This document shows, one piece after another, positions 24,431 through 31,866 of a stretch of 35,245 bases of DNA. The notes under the pieces are model-generated. The model had not been told where the DNA came from. It saw nothing but the letters and a program-made list of their open reading frames with translations, and searched no databases. A program made the translations under genes and the position numbers. Every line of letters starts with the position of its first letter. Positions within the stretch are counted from its first letter, which is position 1. Source of the stretch: a virus (taxonomy: Duplodnaviria; Caudoviricetes); the IMG/VR virus record IMGVR_UViG_3300005573_000201, positions 1 through 35,245 of that record; one strand, written 5' to 3'.

Positions 24431-24526
24431 GAGCCTTCCGTAATTTTTGAAAGCATGAATGACCCTCTGGAAAGGCTTCAAGAAAAAAAAGGGGAGCTCG
24501 AATGCTCCCGGTCATATCAATCGTGA

Positions 24527-25138
24527 TTACTCAATGTATGGCATAATGACAAAAACTCCTTTCTCTTTCTCAATCTCGATAAATGCCGGATCTGTAGCCG
24601 AAAATATCGAAAACCTGAAATTGCCGGATTCCTTCCCGATAACTTTCATGACCTTTCCCATGTTTTCAGTATTGAAAAAAAGGCCGCTGGTCAATTGACC
24701 ATCAGTCATCAGTTTTTCCTTTAGCATCAATACTTTCTCATATGGTGGATATAGAATTTTCTGATGTATAAACTGAAAATATTCGTCTACGTATCTGAAC
24801 ATGCCGGATGAAGGATTGAAAGATACTATAAATTCATCGGTTTTTTTGATGAGCTTAATTATTTTGGACAGCGATGAGGAACTATAGATCCTTCTTTCAG
24901 TAAGCCTCCCGTCAATCGGCTTCAGGGATCCGCGATATAGAATGAATCCGTCCGTGCCGACAATCGCTATAGATCCGTCCTCTTGAGGGTCGAAAAGAAC
25001 GATACCAAAATGATTCGGTCTCTCATCCGTACACGCAATAGCACGCATTACTTCTCTTTTAAAGTCTTGACCGAGGAAGAATAATTCCGTCGTGGTTGTC
25101 ATCGTCTCTGTCCCGGTCTCAATCAATGTGTTTTCCAT
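24527..25138 (-). CDS. Shortened DNA polymerase III beta-clamp-like protein (about two domains)
   Basis: 203 aa: ACTDERP...IVGTDGFILY (cf. ATDGHRL), YPPYEKVL (cf. FPDYRRVIP), FNTENMGKVMKVI and C-terminal VFVIMP; RBS AAGGAG. Confidence 0.7.
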   Translation of the reverse strand: MENTLIETGTETMTTTTELFFLGQDFKREVMRAIACTDERPNHFGIVLFDPQEDGSIAIVGTDGFILYRGSLKPIDGRLTERRIYSSSSLSKIIKLIKKTDEFIVSFNPSSGMFRYVDEYFQFIHQKILYPPYEKVLMLKEKLMTDGQLTSGLFFNTENMGKVMKVIGKESGNFRFSIFSATDPAFIEIEKEKGVFVIMPYIE

Positions 25139-25185
25139 GTCAATCTCCTTTTTTTGTCAATATTATTTTTTGTCTCGTCCAGGAT

Positions 25186-25743
25186 TCATAAGCCTTTCCG
25201 TCTTTCGGTGTCTGCAAGTAGTTCTTTTCGTGTCGCAGGCACCGTCGAAAACTTAAAACCCTTTGTCGACAGTCTTTTCTTAAAAATGTCTCCAGATCGC
25301 AATGTTATCGTTGCCGTCCCCCCCCTGATTGAGATTGTTCGTGCGATCTCCGTGTGTGGGCTGTATTTTGAGTGATTCCGGCTTCCGCTCCATTCTAGCC
25401 AGCTAACCTCGACGTTCTCATATACCGTCGTTTCTTCGTCTTTTTTGTCCCTCTTGTAATTTTTCAATGCCTGGACCGCGTCCGGGTTGACCATTACATC
25501 ACAACCTATAGATGCACATCCGGGCCCGTGTCCTTCCAGGCCGAAGATCACGAAGACCTCATGGCGACGGTAAAAGTCGATTCTATTTTTATAGCTCGAT
25601 GCGTGATGCCACTCATTCGGGGAACAGAATTCACGAATAAGCTCTGCCGGAATTCTCCCGACCCGCGAAGCCGGCATGAGCCCGGCCTGGTAAGCATTCG
25701 CAGCGTTATTCGACATCCCTTTTTCATAACTCCATCCCGACAT
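25186..25743 (-). CDS. Early hypothetical phage protein (185 aa)
   Basis: ATG 25743 after a G-rich RBS; MSNNAANAY..GLMPAS and PNEWHHAS motifs. Confidence 0.65.
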   Translation of the reverse strand: MSGWSYEKGMSNNAANAYQAGLMPASRVGRIPAELIREFCSPNEWHHASSYKNRIDFYRRHEVFVIFGLEGHGPGCASIGCDVMVNPDAVQALKNYKRDKKDEETTVYENVEVSWLEWSGSRNHSKYSPHTEIARTISIRGGTATITLRSGDIFKKRLSTKGFKFSTVPATRKELLADTERRKGL

Positions 25744-25788
25744 TTTGACCCCCCCGGTTAACTTTTCCACGTGGCCATGGGTAACTAC

Positions 25789-25932
25789 TTATTTTTGGCT
25801 CTTCCATACCGAATAATCCGCAATCGATTCAAAAGCCAGATATCCTCCTTCGACCTTAACGATCCTTGCCGCCCAGGGGGCGCGGTTAATTGCTGTTTTA
25901 CGTGTTTTGCAATCGAAAAATTGTGTTCTCAT
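25789..25932 (-). CDS. Small early protein (47 aa, not in the ORF track)
   Basis: RBS AAGGAG; MRTQFFDCKTRKTAINRAPWAARIVKVEGGYLAFESIADYSVWKSQK*. Confidence 0.65.
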   Translation of the reverse strand: MRTQFFDCKTRKTAINRAPWAARIVKVEGGYLAFESIADYSVWKSQK

Positions 25933-25959
25933 GAGATTCTCCTTGTGTATGTTTTTCCG

Positions 25960-26352
25960 TCAAGAATGACCAACTATGACGTATTTTGTGATCCCACATT
26001 CTTCCGCAATCGCATCCATCGCCTCTCTGATCGCACCTTCTCCCACCCCATGGATATTCCGAGAGAGAGTGATTCCAGCAGAATCGCACGCATCAGAAAA
26101 AGATGCGGAAAGCTTGTCATAGCCGAATCCTCCGGCCTTCCCGGTCCCCGAACAGTAGTGATCCCCATGAATCCATAGTGAACATGTAATCGTCGATGCA
26201 TATTTGTTCCGTCCCGAATACCACCGAACAGTGATTAATTCATCCAGCGAATCAGACACAAGAGAGCAGCATTTGATTAACTCTTTCTTAGTCCCGAGAT
26301 TGATTGCATTGTAAGCATGTTTTTCGTCGAATTTTGCCGTCATTTTTTCCAT
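25960..26352 (-). CDS. Early hypothetical phage protein (130 aa)
   Basis: RBS GGAGGT; SGTGKAGGFGYDKLSA motif. Confidence 0.7.
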   Translation of the reverse strand: MEKMTAKFDEKHAYNAINLGTKKELIKCCSLVSDSLDELITVRWYSGRNKYASTITCSLWIHGDHYCSGTGKAGGFGYDKLSASFSDACDSAGITLSRNIHGVGEGAIREAMDAIAEECGITKYVIVGHS

Positions 26353-26353
26353 T

Positions 26354-26863
26354 TTAAACCTCCGTGATTGAATGATCTTTCAAGTATTCGAGAGCATAGC
26401 GATTGTCATGTCCGACAATCCCCCACAATGAATCTTTAAATTCCCATTTGTCGCAACACTGACATTTTTCTTCATAGATATAGCCCACGGCTCCTTCATC
26501 TAAAAAAATTTTCATGTCTTCATATGCAAACTGCCAATATTCTTTTGCATCTTTCCGCGATTCAAATGAAAAATAATACTGACCGTCTCGGTCCGATGGG
26601 CCCTTTATCCAGTATTTTTCTCCGTCAAAAATAATTCCGTTGGTGTTCAGAATTTCTTCTGTGTAATCCTCATCCGCATTATTAAGTTTGGAGATAAACC
26701 GTCGCTCATCCCGCCAAGTTTCATAATGTAATTTTGCCATTCCTCCGCCCAAAGAAGTTTCTGGATCATAATCATAATCTGGAACAACCCGAACCCGTCT
26801 TGTCGCTGTTTCTTTGTCCTGATCTTCATTTTCATACACTGTTTCAAGAGTTTCATTTTTCAT
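26354..26863 (-). CDS. Acidic early hypothetical protein (169 aa)
   Basis: RBS AAGGAG + ATG 26863; D/E/Y-rich, C-terminal DSLWGIVG. Confidence 0.65.
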   Translation of the reverse strand: MKNETLETVYENEDQDKETATRRVRVVPDYDYDPETSLGGGMAKLHYETWRDERRFISKLNNADEDYTEEILNTNGIIFDGEKYWIKGPSDRDGQYYFSFESRKDAKEYWQFAYEDMKIFLDEGAVGYIYEEKCQCCDKWEFKDSLWGIVGHDNRYALEYLKDHSITEV

Positions 26864-26896
26864 CTTACTTCTCCTTTTTGAGCTTTTTGTCATTCC

Positions 26897-27094
26897 TTAT
26901 TCTTCATCATCAAGATCAAGCCATTTTTCGTAAGCGCGTTGATGCGCATTTTTCCCTTTTGACACGGACACTCTCCCGGCGAAAACCCAGGCATTATTTT
27001 TCAGTTTTCTGAACTCAAAAATTTCCGATGGAATCCCGTTCACATTGCAAACTTCTGTTTGCGTAACTTTCACATCCCCGAAGAGTTTAGCCAT
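26897..27094 (-). CDS. Small early protein (65 aa), first gene of the operon
   Basis: RBS AAGGAGG + ATG 27094. Confidence 0.65.
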   Translation of the reverse strand: MAKLFGDVKVTQTEVCNVNGIPSEIFEFRKLKNNAWVFAGRVSVSKGKNAHQRAYEKWLDLDDEE

Positions 27095-27224
27095 CTTGCG
27101 CCTCCTTTTTGTCGTTCGATCCAATCTTTCGTTACTGATCATCAGCTCGGGGGTTCGGTCCGGGTCTCATCTATCCCGGGCTTTTGAGACGCTCGCTTGA
27201 GCCGTCCCCGTTGCTGATGTATAC

Positions 27225-27253
27225 ACTATACACTATGTGATAGGTGATGTCAA
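27225..27253 (-). promoter_or_regulatory. Strong leftward sigma70 early promoter
   Basis: TTGACA (27253-27248), 17 nt spacer, TATAGT (27230-27225). Confidence 0.8.
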
Positions 27254-28018
27254 GGGATCGATATAGCATGACGTTTATTGACGTTTTAAAGTGTCACAAT
27301 TCAATAATCACGATGCTTTATCGCTTAAAACGTCAACGTCACTGTTACCCCATATATACAGGGGGGGGGAAAAGGGAGAAGGGGAGGGATATGATGTATG
27401 AGAGAGATAAGATAGTAAGTTATTATGATATATGTATATATTATTTATCTATATAATACGGAAAAGACTCTTTTTCCATTACATGACAATGACTTAGCAA
27501 AACGTCATTCAAACGTCATGGGAAGATTGCGATTGTGATCGTAAATGCTCTCCATTCCTCGATTCGGACAACGTAAAACATCAATAGAGGGGATGAGGTT
27601 TTAAAGATGAATCCTGGAGCTGTCTATGTATTATATTAATGCCCTCTTCTTGGAGCCTGTACATCCCTGTACATCAATGAATGTTCACGCTATCACGCTA
27701 TAAGGGATGGGTAACGCTCTTCGCACGCGCTCATTCGGTAGTAGCCCAGGGAAAGGCAAAAAACCGATCCCGAAGCGGTTCGCGGATCCTCCTGGAGGAG
27801 ATCGCGAATTCTCCAAGATCGATCATTCCTGAACGCAAATAACGCACATTATGTAAACGGCTCCCATGAACCAGGCCATCATGAGGGAAATTTTTGGGGA
27901 GGAGGGGGGGGAGGGACGGGACCCCGTCACTCCGAGCGGCTCTTGAGATTGCCCCCTGCGGGTGGGGGCCAAGTAATCTTTGAGTGAATGGGAATTCTGG
28001 AAAAAAAATACGGAAAAA

Positions 28019-28047
28019 TTGACAACCCAAAAAAATGGGGCTATAAG
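28019..28047 (+). promoter_or_regulatory. Rightward sigma70 promoter
   Basis: TTGACA (28019-28024), 17 nt spacer, TATAAG (28042-28047), with A-tracts upstream. Confidence 0.7.
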
Positions 28048-28085
28048 GGGGGGAGAGAAAAAAATAAACAAGAAGTGAGGTAAAA

Positions 28086-28289
28086 ATGATCCACGATCCC
28101 CATTGCCCCGCTCCGGAGATGTGTTCGGAATGCGGGGAGTTTCCGGTAGCAGACGATCACGACTGCATGGACTACCCGGTATGTCTGGACCCTTTCATCT
28201 TGGGGAGCAGCGCCATCCTGTGGGGCCTGATTATTGTCATTGGGTGGTCCCTGTGGACGGCGCTGAAATACGGAGGGTGGGTGCGATGA
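28086..28289 (+). CDS. Small Cys/His-rich membrane protein
   Basis: RBS GAGGT; HDPHC...CSEC...HDC followed by one TM helix. Confidence 0.6.
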   Translation: MIHDPHCPAPEMCSECGEFPVADDHDCMDYPVCLDPFILGSSAILWGLIIVIGWSLWTALKYGGWVR

Positions 28290-28564
28290 CGCAACAGGAA
28301 TACCAGATGATTCAAGACTTTCTGACAACGCAAGCCGCGATGCTCGCCAAACTGGACCTTGACGGGTTCATTGATGCAAACAGCCGGGCCGATTCCCTCG
28401 GGACTATCAAGGACCCGACGCTCTACCGGAAAGCGTATAAGGAGCTTGACGCGATCCGCGATCTTGCTATAAGAGCGAAGCTGTATGCCAATGCTTATCT
28501 CCAGCTGAACCGCATAGCAGAGAAGGGGGAACGGGAGGAATCGAAGTCAACTCCCCCGTCCTGA
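28286..28564 (+). CDS. Hypothetical helical protein (92 aa)
   Basis: ATGA-coupled start at 28286. Confidence 0.6.
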   Translation: MTQQEYQMIQDFLTTQAAMLAKLDLDGFIDANSRADSLGTIKDPTLYRKAYKELDAIRDLAIRAKLYANAYLQLNRIAEKGEREESKSTPPS

Positions 28565-28575
28565 ATGACGGATCG

Positions 28576-28797
28576 ATGGGGTTAAACAAGAATGGGAGGA
28601 TGATGAAGACGATTTTGAGTTTGATCGCAGGGATTATGATTGGATGGATGGTCTGCAATCCAAGCGCGGTGGCGGACGATTGGGGAGGGAGTTCGCCGGG
28701 GGTTTATCCGGAGCAACGGACGATTATCAATCACGGAAACGGGAGTCAGAGTTATTTTTTTACTGACAAAGACGGGGGGAACTTCGGTGACAAGTAG
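28576..28797 (+). CDS. Small secreted/membrane protein
   Basis: Signal-peptide-like MKTILSLIAGIMIGWMVCNPSAVA|DDW; the true start may be 28600 or 28603. Confidence 0.55.
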   Translation: MGLNKNGRMMKTILSLIAGIMIGWMVCNPSAVADDWGGSSPGVYPEQRTIINHGNGSQSYFFTDKDGGNFGDK

Positions 28798-28811
28798 GGG
28801 AGAAGAAGAGA

Positions 28812-29246
28812 ATGGACAGAGAGACAAGAATGCAGGAAGCGGAAATAAAAGAGGTCTACGACCGGGAAGCGGAGCTGAAGCTCCATGCGAACATCCGGAA
28901 GGCGTTGGGAGTAGAGCTGGCGGAAATGGGATCTCTGGTGACATCGAGCCGAACGAGGCTCAAGGTCAAGGTCCGGGAGCGAGCGAAGGGGGATTTGAAG
29001 GTCGAACTGAGGTTCTTTTACGGAGAGAAGGATTTGCCGGGGAAGGGAATACTTATGGATCCGGCGACACTGGAATGGGTGATCCTGATGTTGGGGGAAG
29101 CCCGGAAATATGCGCAGAAAGTGGAAGAGAGCCGCGAACCGATCAGCAAGATCAGCAAAACGGACAAGGAGCTGCGGAGACTGAGAGGGGAGGGAGAGTT
29201 CCCGGCGGAGATCGACCTGAAGGGATTTATGGAGGGGGGATCATAA
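28812..29246 (+). CDS. PC4/Sub1-like ssDNA-binding domain protein
   Basis: LKVKVRE...KVELRFFY...PGKGILM...LEWV resembles the PC4 signature VDIREFY...PGKKGISL. Confidence 0.55.
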   Translation: MDRETRMQEAEIKEVYDREAELKLHANIRKALGVELAEMGSLVTSSRTRLKVKVRERAKGDLKVELRFFYGEKDLPGKGILMDPATLEWVILMLGEARKYAQKVEESREPISKISKTDKELRRLRGEGEFPAEIDLKGFMEGGS

Positions 29247-29734
29247 ACGAAGAGGCCCTGGAAGCGATAGAGAAGGCGATGAGGGGGGCGGAGGAAGCGG
29301 TCGAGAGGGTGATCAAGACGATTCGTGTGATCAAGCCCGTTTTCGAGCGCATGTTGGCGTTTGAGGCGTGGGGAAGCGGGGAGACAGGCAAGCGTCCGGG
29401 AATGGTGGAAAATGAAAGGAAAACTCCTTCGGAGAGCATTGTCTGGACTCCTGGACCGGGGTTGACACCGATTCGGGGAATTCCGGGGGCCAAGCTCCCG
29501 GGATTGTATCCGGGGGGAGTGAAGGGGAGTTCATTTGTTAAATGGGATGGCAGGGGAGAGCCATTGGTGGCGGAGCTGACATATGAAGGCGGAAGAAAGG
29601 TGTGGTTCGAGATTGAGAGAGCGGGGGATATTATCGGTACTCTGTGGACTTCCGACCCCGGAACGATGCCGGCAGGACCCGGAACTCCGGCTGGCGTGGA
29701 AAGTGATCCAGCGAAGCCTACAGGATCTCTATGA
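29243..29734 (+). CDS. Hypothetical protein (start uncertain: ATA 29243 or ATG 29279)
   Basis: The 3' part of the 28640..29734 frame reads protein-like (NEEALEAIEKAM...); RBS GGAGGGGG precedes 29243. Confidence 0.45.
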   Translation: MNEEALEAIEKAMRGAEEAVERVIKTIRVIKPVFERMLAFEAWGSGETGKRPGMVENERKTPSESIVWTPGPGLTPIRGIPGAKLPGLYPGGVKGSSFVKWDGRGEPLVAELTYEGGRKVWFEIERAGDIIGTLWTSDPGTMPAGPGTPAGVESDPAKPTGSL

Positions 29735-29948
29735 TCCGGACCTTCCGGTGATTCTCCGGTTTGATGCCTGGGCCTTTCTGTCCTTGGATGAATTCTGGAG
29801 TGAATTGCTGGGGATAAAGATCCGGAGAATTTTCACAAAATATCCGTTTCCGCCTTTTGTGATCAGTATGGAGGAAGTCAAGAAATGGGAAAAAGAGTTC
29901 TGTGCAACAATTCAAAATGCGAACGATATGGAACGGACAGCGAAATGA
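29583..29948 (+). CDS. Hypothetical phage protein
   Basis: PELRLAWKVIQRSLQDL...DAWAFL motif seen in small phage proteins; RBS GGAG; overlaps both neighbours. Confidence 0.5.
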   Translation: MKAEERCGSRLRERGILSVLCGLPTPERCRQDPELRLAWKVIQRSLQDLYDPDLPVILRFDAWAFLSLDEFWSELLGIKIRRIFTKYPFPPFVISMEEVKKWEKEFCATIQNANDMERTAK

Positions 29949-30106
29949 ATATTTACGAGCAGGACAAAACATGGTCTTTTTATTGCCATGCCTGCAAGAG
30001 CCTCATGGTTCGTACGAAAGAGGGATGGACAAAAGATCCGAAGGTAAAGGGAACGGCGGCAGATACGGACGACCCGGAAAAATGCCGGAAATTGCGGATC
30101 AGATAA
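29885..30106 (+). CDS. Zn-ribbon protein
   Basis: CNNSKC...CHAC. Confidence 0.55.
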   Translation: MGKRVLCNNSKCERYGTDSEMNIYEQDKTWSFYCHACKSLMVRTKEGWTKDPKVKGTAADTDDPEKCRKLRIR

Positions 30107-30120
30107 TCAAAGGGGGAACG

Positions 30121-30510
30121 ATGGCTTACAATACAGTCGCAAAGAACAAGTTGCAGGATCTCAAGGAGCAGGAAACGCGGGTTTTCCATATGGCGGAGAT
30201 TGTTTCACTTTTTGGAAAGTTTCACCCGGAAAAGGAAGAGTTGAGCGATCTCAAACAGTTCTGGACTACGGTAAATCGCTATGTGGAAGATCTTGGGGCG
30301 CATATTTCAAAACGGGAACAGGCCAATGCGCACACGAAATGTTCGGTCTGCGGAGAGCCCATCAGTCGGAGACCGGCGGGAATTCTTCCCGGATTCGATC
30401 CTGTGACAGGCATTCCTGTTCAGCTTTATGTCTGCACGCAGACGTGCTTTCAGAAAGCGCAAGTCCAGATGGAAAAAGAATCCCGGGCGAGACTGGAGGC
30501 AAGGCGATGA
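30121..30510 (+). CDS. Zn-finger protein (treble-clef-like)
   Basis: RBS AAGGGGG + ATG 30121; CSVCGEPI...VCTQTC. Confidence 0.65.
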   Translation: MAYNTVAKNKLQDLKEQETRVFHMAEIVSLFGKFHPEKEELSDLKQFWTTVNRYVEDLGAHISKREQANAHTKCSVCGEPISRRPAGILPGFDPVTGIPVQLYVCTQTCFQKAQVQMEKESRARLEARR

Positions 30511-31136
30511 TGGAAGAGGGAAAAGAGCTTCAGAAAGCAGTCCCTATGGATGAGATGGACAGGGCCCTGATTGGCCTGTCCGGGGTCAAGGAGGATAATA
30601 TTCTTGAGGAATGGGGGAAGACCTCTCTTCTTCAGGCGATTGAGGATATCCAGTCGCTTGAATCCTGTGTGCCTCTTCTTGAAAAAGAAAAGGGCCTTCA
30701 GGTCCGGAGATCGATTGATTATTTAAAAGACTTCCTGATGATTTATGCCGCGACCCCCAGCGCCTTTCTTCCAAGATCATTCAAAAAGCAGAAAGAGGCT
30801 CCGATTGGAAAGAATGAGTTCGAAAAGTGGTTCTGGGAACATCTCAGGGCGAACTATGTGGGACATCCTATAAAAACGGGAGACATCGAGGGAATCATTT
30901 CAAGGTTCGGGTGGGATGTCGTGGAGATCCGGTCGGTTCTGGAATCGAACGGGATCATGATGGTGGGGGAGTGGAGGATTGAAGGGGAGTGGGGGACACA
31001 CTTTTCATGCTTCATTGAGCTTTTGGACGGGGAGATGAATGCCGTTATGTATTTGCCGGTAGAGGAGGCCCCGAGGATCATCAAGTCTCTTGGAACGAAT
31101 CCTGATGAAGAGGAGGAGACCGATGGGGACGACTGA
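30507..31136 (+). CDS. Acidic hypothetical protein (209 aa)
   Basis: RBS GGAGG and ATGA coupling at 30507. Confidence 0.6.
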   Translation: MMEEGKELQKAVPMDEMDRALIGLSGVKEDNILEEWGKTSLLQAIEDIQSLESCVPLLEKEKGLQVRRSIDYLKDFLMIYAATPSAFLPRSFKKQKEAPIGKNEFEKWFWEHLRANYVGHPIKTGDIEGIISRFGWDVVEIRSVLESNGIMMVGEWRIEGEWGTHFSCFIELLDGEMNAVMYLPVEEAPRIIKSLGTNPDEEEETDGDD

Positions 31137-31338
31137 TATTCCTTTTTCACGACGGGGAATCTCTGTTCGGTGGGAGACTTGTCCCAAATGTGGGGCCTAT
31201 ACCCATACACAAAAAATAGTGGATATTTTTTCGGAGGAAGGATTGTCTGTCATCGGTGGTCTTGGACCCCGGAGCATTTTGGCCCTATGTCCGAAGTGTG
31301 CATCCCAATACAGGGAGAAAAGTCATGTCACAAATTGA
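31123..31338 (+). CDS. Zn-ribbon protein
   Basis: RBS GAGGAG + ATG 31123; CPKC x2. Confidence 0.6.
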   Translation: MGTTDIPFSRRGISVRWETCPKCGAYTHTQKIVDIFSEEGLSVIGGLGPRSILALCPKCASQYREKSHVTN

Positions 31339-31594
31339 AGTCTGTGGAACATGCAAGTTCTACATCGATCTTCCCCCCGAATCAGGGGTAACGAATGTAG
31401 GGGTTTGTTCCCGGTTCCCGCCCCAATTGCTGTTAATGCCACAGAAACGACCGGATGGACAAATGGACCTCTGGCCCATGGCGCTTAGACCTCAAGTACA
31501 ATCTGTGGATACTTGTGGGGAATATCGCCTTAAGATTATGGAAAAATCCCAAAAAGAAAAAATTTATGTCGTTAACAATCCACGTGAATCATGA
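31325..31594 (+). CDS. Cys-rich metal-binding phage protein
   Basis: ATG 31325; CGTCKFY...GVCSRFPP...PQV...TCGEY. Confidence 0.65.
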   Translation: MSQIEVCGTCKFYIDLPPESGVTNVGVCSRFPPQLLLMPQKRPDGQMDLWPMALRPQVQSVDTCGEYRLKIMEKSQKEKIYVVNNPRES

Positions 31595-31827
31595 AGACTA
31601 TTCTCGCTCTATTGGCCCTTGTTATCATTGGAACCGTCTACTATATCTGGTGGGAACATTCCCGATGGATACGCTATGTTTCCGAATATAGTTGCGTTCA
31701 GACCGGAAGGACACGGGAAACAAGAATTCCTATATGGGTAAGTATCCCCAATGGTACGGGATTTTTGAATTATATTTACGAAACCAAATATGAATACAAA
31801 TGTCTCAACGGAAAAATCTGGCATTGA
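31591..31827 (+). CDS. Small AT-rich membrane-anchored protein
   Basis: N-terminal TM ILALLALVIIGTVYYIWW; two Cys; ATGA coupling. Confidence 0.6.
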   Translation: MKTILALLALVIIGTVYYIWWEHSRWIRYVSEYSCVQTGRTRETRIPIWVSIPNGTGFLNYIYETKYEYKCLNGKIWH

Positions 31828-31866
31828 AGGAGCCTCGCCATTAAGATATCGGAACTTCATCCCTAC

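Noticed and set aside
28640-29242. 5' half of the 364-aa ORF 28640..29734
   Set aside because: It overlaps two better-supported genes in other frames and has the G/E/R-rich composition typical of an off-frame read.
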